A stretch of 64,000 nt of DNA, taken from the NCBI GenBank assembly GCA_016208745.1, contig JACQXN010000020.1, positions 9,062 through 73,061 on the forward strand, in the 5' to 3' direction. This document shows positions 31,521-41,250 of this stretch, piece by piece (within the stretch, counting starts at the first letter, position 1; every line of letters begins with the position of its first letter). The position numbers and the translations under genes were made by a program. This stretch comes from Candidatus Portnoybacteria bacterium (lineage in GTDB: Bacteria > Patescibacteriota > Minisyncoccia > Portnoybacterales > GWB1-42-6). The notes beneath the pieces are model-generated. The model did not search any database and was not told the DNA's origin. It saw only the letters and a program-made list of their open reading frames with translations.

Positions 31521-33557
31521 TTATTTTTCTTCTTTTTGGATAAAGCCGCATTCTTTGTTTGAGCATTTAATTCGGCCTTTTTTATCAGAGATCAACAGGG
31601 AGCCGCATTTGGGGCAGGTTTCGCCGGTTGGCTTGTCCCAGAGAGCGAATTTGCAGTCGGGATAATTTGAGCAAGCATAGAAAATTTTTCCCTTTCTGGT
31701 TCTTTTTTCATTGATTTTTCCCTGTTTACATTCCGGGCAAGTCACGCCGGTTGAATTGGCAATGTTTTCAGTATAACGGCATTCAGGAAAACCGGAGCAA
31801 GCATAGAATTTTCCAAAACGGCTGGTCCTAATTACTAGCGGCTTGCCGCATTGGGGGCAAGTTTTGTCTGTCGGCTCAACAGGCGCTTTTTGTTTTTTTA
31901 CTTCTTCGTATTTTTGGTCTAAGTTTTCTTTAAAGGGATCATAAAATTCTTTAATAACTGGTTGCCATTTTATTTGGCCTTCAGCTATTTTGTCTAAATC
32001 CTCTTCCATATGCGCGGTGAATTTTAAATCAACAATTACGGGAAAATGTTCAACTAATAAATCGTTAACCGTAAAACCAATATCAGTCGGGAAAAATTTT
32101 CGCGCCTCATCTTTTTGGATATAATTTCGGTCTTGGATGGTGGAAATAATCGGCGCATAGGTTGATGGCCGGCCAATGCCGTCTTCTTCCAAAGCCTTAA
32201 TCAGTGTTGCTTCTGAGTATCTTGGCGGTGGTTGGGTGAAATGCTGGCTAGAAATTAATTTTATCAATTCCAAAATTTCTTTTTCTTGGAGCGACGGCAA
32301 ATCCATTTCTTGAAATTTTATCGGATAGACCCTTAGAAAGCCATCAAATTTCATCATTGAACCATTGGCGCGGAAAATGTGATTATTCGCTTCAATATCA
32401 ATACTAGTTGAATCAAAAATTGCGCTTGACATCTGGGAAGCCAAAAATCGCGACCAGATAAGTTGATAGAGTTTTGCTTGGCTTGCATCTAGTTTAAGAT
32501 TCTCCGGCTCAGCTTCCGGAGAAGTTGGCCTAATTGCTTCGTGCGCTTCCTGCGCGCCTTTTGATTTTGTTTTGTATGTTTTAGAAAACCCCGGCCAATA
32601 AGTAGCCCCAAATTTTTCTAAAATAAATTTTTTAGCAGCGTCCAAAGCTATTTGGGAAATATTTAAAGAATCGGTTCGGTGATAAGTTATATGACCTTCT
32701 TCATAGAGTCTTTGCGCCAAACTCATTGTCATCTTGGCCGAAAAATGGAATTTTTGCCAAGCAGCCTGTTGAAGAGTGCTGGTGGTAAATGGCGGCAGGG
32801 GATTTCTCTTCGTTTCTTTTTTCTCTATTTTTGCAATCTGATATTTTGCACCTTCAAGATCTTTTAAAATTTTATCGGCGTTTTCCTTAGTTCCAATATC
32901 AAGCTTGCCGATTGGTATTTCTCCTCTTTTGATAAGGGTCGCGGTGAATTCTTTTTCCGACTCAGCTTTTTTAAGCAGCGCTTCTATGCTCCAGTATTCT
33001 TCCGGTTTAAAATTTTGGATTTCCCGTTCTCTCTCAACAATTAAGCGCACAGCCACTGATTGCACTCGTCCAGCTGAAAGGCCCTTGGCTATTTTACGCC
33101 ATAAAAAAGGCGAAAGCTGATAGCCAACAATTCTATCTAAAATTCTGCGCGCTTGCTGGGAATCAACCAAATCCATATCTATTCTTCGGGGATTTTTGAG
33201 CGCCTCTTGAATCGCACTTTTGGTTATTTCATGAAAAACAATTCTGTCTGATTTTTCGGCATCCAGTTTTAAGGCCTGCGTTAAATGCCAGGCAATGGCT
33301 TCGCCTTCGCGGTCTTCGTCAGTTGCCAGAATAACTTTGTCTGCTTTCTCTAAAGATTTTTTTATCGGCGTCAACTTTTTTCTGGATAGCATTGGCACAA
33401 CATATTTTGGCTCAAAATTATTTTCAATATCAATGCCGAGCTCCTTTTTTGGCAGATCGCGGATATGGCCAAAAGAAGACACGACCGAATATTCCTTGTT
33501 CAGGAATTTTTGGATTGTTCGGGCTTTAGTTGGGGATTCAACGATGATAAGATCCAT
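31521..33557 (-). CDS. topA: DNA topoisomerase I
   Basis: IVESPTKA, ATDEDREGE, SAGRVQS, ITYHRTDS, three C4 zinc ribbons. Confidence 0.97.
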   Translation of the reverse strand: MDLIIVESPTKARTIQKFLNKEYSVVSSFGHIRDLPKKELGIDIENNFEPKYVVPMLSRKKLTPIKKSLEKADKVILATDEDREGEAIAWHLTQALKLDAEKSDRIVFHEITKSAIQEALKNPRRIDMDLVDSQQARRILDRIVGYQLSPFLWRKIAKGLSAGRVQSVAVRLIVEREREIQNFKPEEYWSIEALLKKAESEKEFTATLIKRGEIPIGKLDIGTKENADKILKDLEGAKYQIAKIEKKETKRNPLPPFTTSTLQQAAWQKFHFSAKMTMSLAQRLYEEGHITYHRTDSLNISQIALDAAKKFILEKFGATYWPGFSKTYKTKSKGAQEAHEAIRPTSPEAEPENLKLDASQAKLYQLIWSRFLASQMSSAIFDSTSIDIEANNHIFRANGSMMKFDGFLRVYPIKFQEMDLPSLQEKEILELIKLISSQHFTQPPPRYSEATLIKALEEDGIGRPSTYAPIISTIQDRNYIQKDEARKFFPTDIGFTVNDLLVEHFPVIVDLKFTAHMEEDLDKIAEGQIKWQPVIKEFYDPFKENLDQKYEEVKKQKAPVEPTDKTCPQCGKPLVIRTSRFGKFYACSGFPECRYTENIANSTGVTCPECKQGKINEKRTRKGKIFYACSNYPDCKFALWDKPTGETCPKCGSLLISDKKGRIKCSNKECGFIQKEEK

Positions 33558-33683
33558 AAATAGTTAGAAGGTTTAAGTTAAAAGTTCAAAGTCAAAGTTG
33601 AAAGTTTAAAATTTATTGCGCAAAGCGCGATGCCAAAATTTTTCATTTTCAACTTTTAATTTTTAACTTAGTTCTTTCGAGAT

Positions 33684-34778
33684 CTATCTTGAAAGAACGT
33701 AATTCATTCCTCCTAAATTTCTAATCTTTCCTTTTATCTCCATCAAGGCAATCGTGGCGTTAATTGTCGCGGTGTCTATTTTAGTTTCAATTACGATTTT
33801 GTCAATATGCGTTGGCTCGTCTCCGAGTATTTCTAAAATTTTTGCCTCCTCTTCGTTGTCAGGCAGAATTTGTCGAATTTCAATCTGCTCAGTTAGCGCT
33901 TTCAGGTTTAATTCTTCTAAAATATCATTGGTGCCAAGAACTAGCTTTGCCCCCATTTTTATTAAGTTATTTGGCCCAATTGAAGTTTGAGAATATATGG
34001 GGCCGGGGATAGCAAAGACTTCGCGGTTTTGTTCTAAAGCATGCTTGGCAGTAATTAAGGCGCCGGATTTTTCTTTTGCTTCAATAACTAATGTGCCAAG
34101 CGATAAACCACTGATAATGCGATTTCGGGCATGAAAATGGTGTTTCAAAGCCGGCGTGCCGGGCGGATATTCTGAAATCACCGCGCCGTTTTCTGAAATT
34201 TGCTGGGCTAATCGGCGATTTGATGGCGGATAAACGCTCTGTTCGTCAATGCCAGAGCCGACAACTGCGATTGTCCGTTTTTTATCCTGCAGGGCCGCCA
34301 TATGCGCCAGTGAATCAATTCCGCGCGCCAGGCCCGAAACAATAGTTAAACTAGCTTGGCTTATTTGATTAGCTAAATGCGAAGCAACCTGTTGGCCATA
34401 GAGAGTCGGTATTCTTGTTCCGACTATTGCCAGCGCCCTTTCGTCTTGAGGCATAATTTTCCCTCTAACATATAATAGCGGAGGCGGGTCGTAGATTTCT
34501 TTTAAAAGCGAGGGATAGTTTTCGTCTGAAATTGTAATAACATCAATGTTGTGCGCTTTTAATTCTTCAAGTTTTTTATCCGGATTAATAGTTATCCTTC
34601 GGCTGCAAAATTCTTTGATAATATTTTCATCAAGCCCGGCGTTTAAAAGCTCCAATTCTTCTGCTTTCCAGGCGTTTTCCAAATTTCCAAAATAATTCAA
34701 TAGCCGCTTGATTCTTTGCGGCCCGATTTTTTCGTGGAATTGGTTGAAGGCGATAAAGTATTTTGTTTGGTCGCTCAT
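33684..34778 (-). CDS. dprA: DNA processing protein DprA
   Basis: IVGTR, VSGLARGID, ARNRIISG, SGALITA. Confidence 0.96.
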   Translation of the reverse strand: MSDQTKYFIAFNQFHEKIGPQRIKRLLNYFGNLENAWKAEELELLNAGLDENIIKEFCSRRITINPDKKLEELKAHNIDVITISDENYPSLLKEIYDPPPLLYVRGKIMPQDERALAIVGTRIPTLYGQQVASHLANQISQASLTIVSGLARGIDSLAHMAALQDKKRTIAVVGSGIDEQSVYPPSNRRLAQQISENGAVISEYPPGTPALKHHFHARNRIISGLSLGTLVIEAKEKSGALITAKHALEQNREVFAIPGPIYSQTSIGPNNLIKMGAKLVLGTNDILEELNLKALTEQIEIRQILPDNEEEAKILEILGDEPTHIDKIVIETKIDTATINATIALMEIKGKIRNLGGMNYVLSR

Positions 34779-34783
34779 CCTTT

Positions 34784-34856
34784 TGTCATTCTGGGCCCCT
34801 ACCCGTCCGGCAGACGGGAACCCGCAATCTAGATTCCCGTTTTCACGGGAATGACA
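34784..34856. repeat. Family B palindrome with nested GC hairpin
   Basis: TGTCATT...CTAGATTCCCGTTTTCACGGGAATGACA. Confidence 0.82.
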
Positions 34857-34979
34857 GAATAGAAATTAAACAACTTGTATTTAATATAACACTTAGAATA
34901 AATCGCGACAAATTTGACAGATTAACGGCCCAGCTGTATATTAAAATTAAAATTTGTTTTTTAAAAAAAGGAGGCAGTT

Positions 34980-35441
34980 ATGTTCCCGAATATTTCTGAA
35001 AAGCAAAAGAATACCCTTGGATCGTTTGTTGAGCTTTTATGCCTGTATTTTAAAGGAAAAGAGATCCCTCTAAAATATTACATGGATAGATCTTGGTTTA
35101 TTGAGAATCGACAGCGAATTGGGTGTTTGCCTAATACTCCTGGCGCAGAAGAAAAGTTCGGCGGTTGGTTTAATTCTTTGGAGAAAGGCGACAAGAATAT
35201 TTGGGCTCGGTTCCTCGGCGATCTTTCGGACGCCGGGGTAAGCGAACATATGTATGCAGAAGTAAAAAAATATTCGCCCTTTGCAGATGAGCTTATTGTT
35301 GTCAAGCGAGGCGCAGGCGAAATTTATTTGTCTAAGCACGAGGGGCATGCGTTGATGAAAAATGTTTTTCCTGTTGAGTGCGGAGAAACATTTTTGGTTT
35401 TTTCAATCGATAGACGACAGATTATCTATCCAAGGCCATGA
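34980..35441 (+). CDS. Orphan hypothetical protein cassette
   Basis: TTGACA-17-TATATT (34914-34942), AGGAGG SD, hairpin plus T-tract at about 35452-35485. Confidence 0.7.
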   Translation: MFPNISEKQKNTLGSFVELLCLYFKGKEIPLKYYMDRSWFIENRQRIGCLPNTPGAEEKFGGWFNSLEKGDKNIWARFLGDLSDAGVSEHMYAEVKKYSPFADELIVVKRGAGEIYLSKHEGHALMKNVFPVECGETFLVFSIDRRQIIYPRP

Positions 35442-35501
35442 TTAAGGTTATAAGCCCGAGCCATTTTTAGGATTCGGGTTTTTTATTTCTTCATTTCCTC
35501 C

Positions 35502-35606
35502 ACCCCGTTAGAAATTACTGCGATTAATCGTATGAGGCAAAATTATCTTTTTGCGTTATAAGTATACTTATTTATGTTTATACGTTCTCATAATTTCTAA
35601 CGAGGT
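35502..35606. mobile_element. MITE-like 105-bp element inserted in the mfd 3' end
   Basis: TIRs ACCCCGTTAGAAATTA / TAATTTCTAACGAGGT; TCCACC at both junctions; removal restores EAVEEMKK*. Confidence 0.75.
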
Positions 35607-37695
35607 CCACCGCTTCATTCAGCATCTGGATATATAGATTAAGCCCCACGGCGTTGATTTGGCCTGATTGTTCGCGGCCCAAGATATTGCCTGCCCCGCG
35701 GATTTCCAAATCGCGCAGAGCGATTTGATAGCCAGAACCAAGCGCTTGCGCTTCTTTTAGCGCGTCTAATCTTTGTTGCGCAATGTCGGTCAGATTTTTT
35801 TCATTATACAAAAAATAGGCATAGGCCTGTTTATCAGAGCGCCCAATTCTGCCTCGCAATTGATAGCTTTGGGCCAGGCCAAGTTTTGTCGCGTTTGCAA
35901 CAATTAGAGTATTAACATTGGGAAAATCCAAGCCGTTTTCAATAATTGTTGTGGCCACTAGAATATCAATCTTTTTTTCGCCAAAATCATCCATCACTTT
36001 TATCAATTGTTTTTCGTTCATGCGGCCGTGAGCAATAGCAATATAAATTTTCCCCCCCTCCTTTTTAAAGCCTGCCTGTCCGGTAGGCAGGGAGGGGTGG
36101 GGTGGATTTTTTGAATTATCTCCATCCGTAGAATAAATCCCTCCCAGCCTCCCTTTAAAAAGGGAGGAGTTTTTTAGTAATTTCTCAATCTGCTTCTTTG
36201 CCAGTTCAATTGTTTCAATCCGATTATGCAGATAATAAATTTGTCCGCCTCGCTTTAATTCAAATTCAATCGCTTTTTTAATTGTTTTTGGTGAATAGGG
36301 TTCAATAAATGTTTTAACTGCCAATCGGCCGGGCGGCGCGGTTTGAATTAAACTGATATCGCGCAAGCCGGTTAAAGATAAATGCATTGTTCTTGGGATA
36401 GGCGTGGCGCTCAAACTTAAAATATCTATGTTGGCGCGCATTTCTTTAAATCGCTCTTTTTGTTTAACGCCAAATCTTTGTTCCTCATCTATTATAACTA
36501 GTCCAAGACTTGGAAACTCTACGTCTTTTTGAATGAGACGATGGGTGCCAATAACAATATCAGTCTGGCTGTCTTTAATTTGTTTTATGGTTTGAGCCTG
36601 ATTCTTTTTTGATTCCAATCTTGAAAGCAGCGCGATATTAATTGGAAATTTTTTAAGCCGGTTTAAAAAATTATGATAATGCTGGTGGGCTAAAATGGTT
36701 GTTGGCGTGATTAAAGCTACCTGTTTGCCAGCAGTTACTGCTTTAAAAGCCGCGCGCAAAGCGATCTCTGTTTTGCCAAAACCAACATCCCCGCAAATTA
36801 ATCTGTCCATTGGTTTTTCCGATTCCATATCTTTTTTAACGTCTCTCATAGCAGACAATTGATCTTCGGTTTCAATATATAAAAAAGAATCTTCCAGCTC
36901 TTTTTGCAAAGCGTCATCTGGCGGAAATTTAAAACCAGAAACTGCTGCGCGCTTGGCATAAATCTCCAATAATTCTTTAGCCAGATTCAAGGCGCTTTCT
37001 TTGATTTTTCTTTTGGTTTTATACCAGAGCGTTCCGCCAAGGCGATGCACAATCGGCGTTTCAAAGCCAATGTATCTGGTTAATTTTTCTTCCAGTTCAA
37101 GCGGCACATAAAGCCGGTCATTTTTGGCGTATTCTAAAACGAAATATTTTTCTTGACTCTCGGGCGTCGGCGAGTTAAAAGAAAGCTCGCCACCTAGTTC
37201 TTTGGCAAAGCCCTTAAAAATGCCAATGCCATGGTCCAGATGAACCAGATATTCATTCGGTTTTAAATTTGCCAGAAGTTGCGAAGGCGCTTGTTTTTTA
37301 AGGGCTTTCTTGATTGTTTCTGGCTTTTCGTCGATTTTAATTTCAAGAGAAAAAATTTCAGCCAGCTCATTGCCGGAAAATTCAAGGCGCAAGGCCGAAT
37401 CCATATTTATCGGAAAAATATCTAAGATCCCGCCGCGTTGGGAGAGCTCGCCGGGTCTAGCCAATGTTTGCACGCGCTCATAACCAAAATTAGTCAGTTT
37501 TCTTAATAGCTCAAATAGATTTATTCTCTGATTTTTTTCTAAAAAGATCGTATTATCCTTCCACCAGATCTGGGTTTTAGCTACTTCTTCTATTTTTTTT
37601 TGGTTTTCGGAGAACCAAAAGATATCCCGATCTAGGAAATACGGCGACAAGCTTGCAATTAGAATTTTAGTTGGATTTTTACTTTCTGATATCAT
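35578..37695 (-). CDS. mfd: Transcription-repair coupling factor, shortened
   Basis: QRGGILDIFP, VHLDHGIG (RID), GDVGFGKTE, DEEQRFG, SATPIPRT, QLRGRIGR, DLEIRGAG; no C-terminal TRCF domain. Confidence 0.93.
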   Translation of the reverse strand: MISESKNPTKILIASLSPYFLDRDIFWFSENQKKIEEVAKTQIWWKDNTIFLEKNQRINLFELLRKLTNFGYERVQTLARPGELSQRGGILDIFPINMDSALRLEFSGNELAEIFSLEIKIDEKPETIKKALKKQAPSQLLANLKPNEYLVHLDHGIGIFKGFAKELGGELSFNSPTPESQEKYFVLEYAKNDRLYVPLELEEKLTRYIGFETPIVHRLGGTLWYKTKRKIKESALNLAKELLEIYAKRAAVSGFKFPPDDALQKELEDSFLYIETEDQLSAMRDVKKDMESEKPMDRLICGDVGFGKTEIALRAAFKAVTAGKQVALITPTTILAHQHYHNFLNRLKKFPINIALLSRLESKKNQAQTIKQIKDSQTDIVIGTHRLIQKDVEFPSLGLVIIDEEQRFGVKQKERFKEMRANIDILSLSATPIPRTMHLSLTGLRDISLIQTAPPGRLAVKTFIEPYSPKTIKKAIEFELKRGGQIYYLHNRIETIELAKKQIEKLLKNSSLFKGRLGGIYSTDGDNSKNPPHPSLPTGQAGFKKEGGKIYIAIAHGRMNEKQLIKVMDDFGEKKIDILVATTIIENGLDFPNVNTLIVANATKLGLAQSYQLRGRIGRSDKQAYAYFLYNEKNLTDIAQQRLDALKEAQALGSGYQIALRDLEIRGAGNILGREQSGQINAVGLNLYIQMLNEAVDLVRNYENV
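36049..36170. repeat. Family A repeat with nested 21-bp palindrome, in-frame inside mfd
   Basis: CCCCTCCTTT..AAAG[CCTGCCTGTCCGGTAGGCAGG]GAGGGG. Confidence 0.9.
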
Positions 37696-37980
37696 AGCGA
37701 AAGGGATATCTTTTCAGAAGGGGCGACGGGGAAACTGGGTGTTTCCCCGTGGTGGAAATATTAAAACCGCAAGGTTTTAAGGAGTGAGCCTAAAAAGGCG
37801 AACGACAAAATATCCCGCTCTAAAAAATAGGGGGTAAGGCTGGCAATTAAAATTTTTTCTTTTTCACTTGACAAGCCCATTAAACCAGATAATAATAACC
37901 TATTCTGGATAAATGGTCAAAAAGCATCCGAATAGCGCAAAATTCTACACGAATGCGTCCATACGAATAAAAATTCTTTC

Positions 37981-38102
37981 TACCATCCTATCTGTGAGTG
38001 GCCAAAGCCAAAGTTAACCCTCCTAAACTTTGGTGAGTAACCTCAAGTATCAAGGGCGAATCCTTTTGGAATCTGCTCTTGTCACTCGCAGGTAGGATGG
38101 TG
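37981..38102 (+). ncRNA. Candidate structured leader RNA/ncRNA
   Basis: CCATCCTATCTGTGAGTGGC pairs with GTCACTCGCAGGTAGGATGG around a multibranch core; TTGACA at 37868 upstream. Confidence 0.5.
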
Positions 38103-38137
38103 GATGGGATTAAGTTCTTTTAAAAAGGAGAAGTTTG

Positions 38138-38344
38138 ATGAGCAAAATTTTTAAGCATTTCTCTGCATTCGGGCTATTTTTGCTTCTGTGTTTAGGAAGT
38201 TACTCGTTTTCGGATCTAATCCAAGCAATAATAGGAATAGTTGTTGGACTTTTCTTGACTTTTTGTTTTTTACCTTCCGGGTATTTGATAAAAAAGGGTT
38301 CTTCATGTGGGGGAGAGAAGCTCTTAAAAAAAGGAGAATTCTGA
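38138..38344 (+). CDS. Small orphan membrane protein
   Basis: AAGGAG SD, two TM, TGATG overlap with next ORF. Confidence 0.55.
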   Translation: MSKIFKHFSAFGLFLLLCLGSYSFSDLIQAIIGIVVGLFLTFCFLPSGYLIKKGSSCGGEKLLKKGEF

Positions 38345-38757
38345 TGGGTTTTAAAATTTTTGGAGCGATCTCTATTGTCATCGGATTATTGCTGGTATGG
38401 TATTGGTGTGCGAATCGCGAAGCGATAAAGGGGGGTTCGTCAATGAATTCGTTTTTATTTTTAAGCAGTCCTCTGCTGGCCATAATAGCCGGGATTATTT
38501 TTATTGTCTCCTCGCCATCGTATTGGTTAAACTTGTTTGCTGCGAACAATTTAAAGAGTGGCAGTGTGACGCTTGGCGAAGCTATGAGCGCTACACTATT
38601 CTTTGCCACGTCGGTATTTTTAGCAGGATCGCTTTTCTGCGTGGTCTGGAAACGGATTTTCAAAGAAGACAGAAGAAGATTCGCGGTTATCGTTGGGTCG
38701 TCTACCTTCTTTGCTGTTACGATTATTCTCTGGCTGAAATATTTTAAGGTGTTTTGA
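38344..38757 (+). CDS. Orphan membrane protein
   Basis: AAGGAG SD before ATG 38344; four hydrophobic segments. Confidence 0.6.
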   Translation: MGFKIFGAISIVIGLLLVWYWCANREAIKGGSSMNSFLFLSSPLLAIIAGIIFIVSSPSYWLNLFAANNLKSGSVTLGEAMSATLFFATSVFLAGSLFCVVWKRIFKEDRRRFAVIVGSSTFFAVTIILWLKYFKVF

Positions 38758-38813
38758 CCAATTGGTGGGCAAGGATGGTGGATGGGACTAAGTTCTTTAA
38801 AAAGGAGGTTTGT

Positions 38814-39053
38814 ATGAGGCCGGAAGCATATTCTGTACTCGCTACTATAGCTGTTTGGGCCGTAATTTTAATCTTTATGTATATTTTTCGCCCCATGGCT
38901 TTTTGGTGTTTGCGTGGATTATTAGAGCAGAGGGAATTGGAAGACGCCGTAAATGCAGTGCAGGTATTTTCATTAGTAACCCTACACGCCGTTTTTTTCT
39001 TAACGTTGATCGGTATAGGGGTATATTATCAAATACTAATACAGGTTAATTAA
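38814..39053 (+). CDS. Small orphan membrane protein
   Basis: AAGGAGG SD, two TM. Confidence 0.6.
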   Translation: MRPEAYSVLATIAVWAVILIFMYIFRPMAFWCLRGLLEQRELEDAVNAVQVFSLVTLHAVFFLTLIGIGVYYQILIQVN

Positions 39054-39100
39054 ACCGATTCGCGGTTTAATTAAAAACAAGTTCTTTATAAGGAGGAAAT

Positions 39101-39328
39101 ATGAAGCTAGCAGTGAGTGGCGGTATACAATCGGTTGGCGGTAAAATTATGGGAGATTCTTTTGATATAATCCCGGACGATCCCATGGCTCCTGTAGTTC
39201 TCTATTTGCACCCGGGCGAACATCTAGAGGTGGCTTATGAGCTTGACGGAAGAGGGGCAAAGAAATGCATTTTTATTGATGAGAATAGCAATCTTGTAAT
39301 GGCAAATAAATTTCCCGGCCAAGATTAA
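39101..39328 (+). CDS. Small orphan soluble protein
   Basis: TAAGGAGG SD; 75 aa. Confidence 0.6.
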   Translation: MKLAVSGGIQSVGGKIMGDSFDIIPDDPMAPVVLYLHPGEHLEVAYELDGRGAKKCIFIDENSNLVMANKFPGQD

Positions 39329-39912
39329 TTAAATCGATTCATCGCGGATTCAATGCCGCTTTCGCATGCCGTCTCAATCGCTTGAGCGGCTTTTTTTATT
39401 GTTTCTTGAACCGCCGGTATTTCCTCTTTTGAAAAATTTTTGAGAACGAATTTTTCAAGCGATGTAATTTTTTGCATTATAGTTGAAATGAAAGTTTTTC
39501 CAATAGGATGGATACCAAGACGGAAGCGGATAAATTCTTTATTGCCAAGAGCCTCAATAATTGATTTAACGCCATTATGGCCGCCGCCAGAAGAATTTTT
39601 ACTGATTCTAATGAGTCCCAAAGGCAAATCAAAATCATCATGGATTATCCAAATATCTTCTGGCTGCGTTCTGTAAAAATCAGCTAATTCTTTGACTGCG
39701 GAACCAGAAAGATTCATAAAAGTCTGGGGTTTGGCTAGAATGATTTGCTCGCCTTTTATCTGGCCTTCGGCGATTTGAGATTTGTCTTTTTCCCGCCAAC
39801 CAGAAAATCCGCCCAGATTTTTCTGGATATAATCTAGAGCCATAAAACCAAAATTATGGCGCGTCCTTTCGTATTTTTGGCCCGGATTGCCAAGACCGAA
39901 GATAATTTTCAT
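39325..39912 (-). CDS. pth: Peptidyl-tRNA hydrolase
   Basis: GLGNPG, TRHNFG, KPQTFMNLSG, GGHNG. Confidence 0.97.
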   Translation of the reverse strand: MKIIFGLGNPGQKYERTRHNFGFMALDYIQKNLGGFSGWREKDKSQIAEGQIKGEQIILAKPQTFMNLSGSAVKELADFYRTQPEDIWIIHDDFDLPLGLIRISKNSSGGGHNGVKSIIEALGNKEFIRFRLGIHPIGKTFISTIMQKITSLEKFVLKNFSKEEIPAVQETIKKAAQAIETACESGIESAMNRFN

Positions 39913-39914
39913 AA

Positions 39915-40052
39915 TTTCTAATTGATCTAATTGCTCTAATTAACCTAATCAATACTCAATGCCCAACGGCAAAATTATTAAAAATTTTTAGACATTGGAT
40001 ATTCAAAAAATTGGGATTTGATTAGAAATTAGGAATTAGAAATTAGATATTT
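39915..40052. repeat. Periodic inverted repeat (CTAAT/ATTAG units)
   Basis: TTTCTAATT-type units left, ATTAGAAATT units right; related copies at 48146-48295 and 57602-57735. Confidence 0.75.
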
Positions 40053-41138
40053 CTATTGGTTTTTATCAATAAATTCCTGTATCTCCTCATAGTTTTCCAA
40101 TCCCGCTTTCGGTTTTAAAATTGATGCCTGTTCGTTGCCTAGCCAAATTTGTCCGGAGGCTAGCAGGTTATTTTCGTCTCTGTCAATTACAATATTTTTA
40201 ATATTATCCGGCGAAATATTTTTGGCGATTTGCCAAAATTGCGGCACTTCTGTTAAGGGGAGATTGGTTTTTGTCTGGCTCCAAATATTATTTAAAACCT
40301 TTAGCAACGAAGGCAAATCCCAAACAGGATGGAGGCCAGCCACTTTTTGTTTTAAAGCTTCAAGCACTTGTTGTTGGCGTCCGATTCGGTCGAAATCTCC
40401 AGCGACGCTGTGCCTTGTCCGGACATATTTTGAGGCGGTTTCGCCGTCCATATACCGCCAGCCAGCCTGAATTTGGAAAGTTTGATAAGAATGATTCGGA
40501 CCGGGAAATTGCGGGTCGTAGATATCTTTTTCCACCCAGACATTAATTCCGCCCAAACTATCAATCACTTTTTTGACAACCGACAAATCAACAAAAACAT
40601 AATAATCAATTTTTTGGCCGGTTATCTCTTCTACTTCTTGTTTTACAAGTTCTAGTCCATAATTTTCATCTTTGGAGTTTTTCCCTAAAGCATACAGCGA
40701 GTTAATTTTAGCATAAAAATTAGTTTCTGGAACTTTAACCCAAAGATCGCGGGGGATTGAAATTAAGGTGGCGTCGTTTGAGGAGCTGGGATTAATTTTT
40801 GCCAGAACAATTGTATCAGTCAAATCCGGCGCGTCATTGCCCGGACCAGCCGCGCCCAAAAGCAAAATGTTAATTTCTTCTTGAGACGACGAAAAACTGG
40901 ATGGCAGAAAAGAGGCCGCTAATTTTTTAAAACTTGTCTGGCTAGCCTTTTCTTTGTTGGCGAGGTTCTTTCCTTGTGATCGAGAAACGTCTTTAACGAA
41001 AAATTTTGGCAGAAAGAAAAATAGAGCGACAAGAGTAATAAAGACAAGAAGCCAGAGCCAGATTTTTTTGGATTTGGTCGATTGGCTTCCTAGGTCGCCT
41101 TGTACTATTTGATTAAATTGGTTTAGATAATCAGCCAT
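40053..41138 (-). CDS. LCP (LytR-CpsA-Psr) family protein
   Basis: N-terminal TM; NILLLG, TDTI, ISIPRD, YVRTR...GDFDR..RQQ. Confidence 0.94.
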   Translation of the reverse strand: MADYLNQFNQIVQGDLGSQSTKSKKIWLWLLVFITLVALFFFLPKFFVKDVSRSQGKNLANKEKASQTSFKKLAASFLPSSFSSSQEEINILLLGAAGPGNDAPDLTDTIVLAKINPSSSNDATLISIPRDLWVKVPETNFYAKINSLYALGKNSKDENYGLELVKQEVEEITGQKIDYYVFVDLSVVKKVIDSLGGINVWVEKDIYDPQFPGPNHSYQTFQIQAGWRYMDGETASKYVRTRHSVAGDFDRIGRQQQVLEALKQKVAGLHPVWDLPSLLKVLNNIWSQTKTNLPLTEVPQFWQIAKNISPDNIKNIVIDRDENNLLASGQIWLGNEQASILKPKAGLENYEEIQEFIDKNQ

Positions 41139-41250
41139 TGGTTCTATTATAAATAATATTGCGGATTTTAGAAACAGGCCGCTCTAGATTCGGGCTTGAC
41201 AGCGCGGGTAGCAAACGTTATGCTTTTTATAAAAAACGAGGAGGGAAAAT

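Noticed and set aside
38094-39100. Integron cassette array
   Set aside because: No attC-type RYYYAAC/GTTRRRY palindromes and no intI; the repeats are leader/SD modules.
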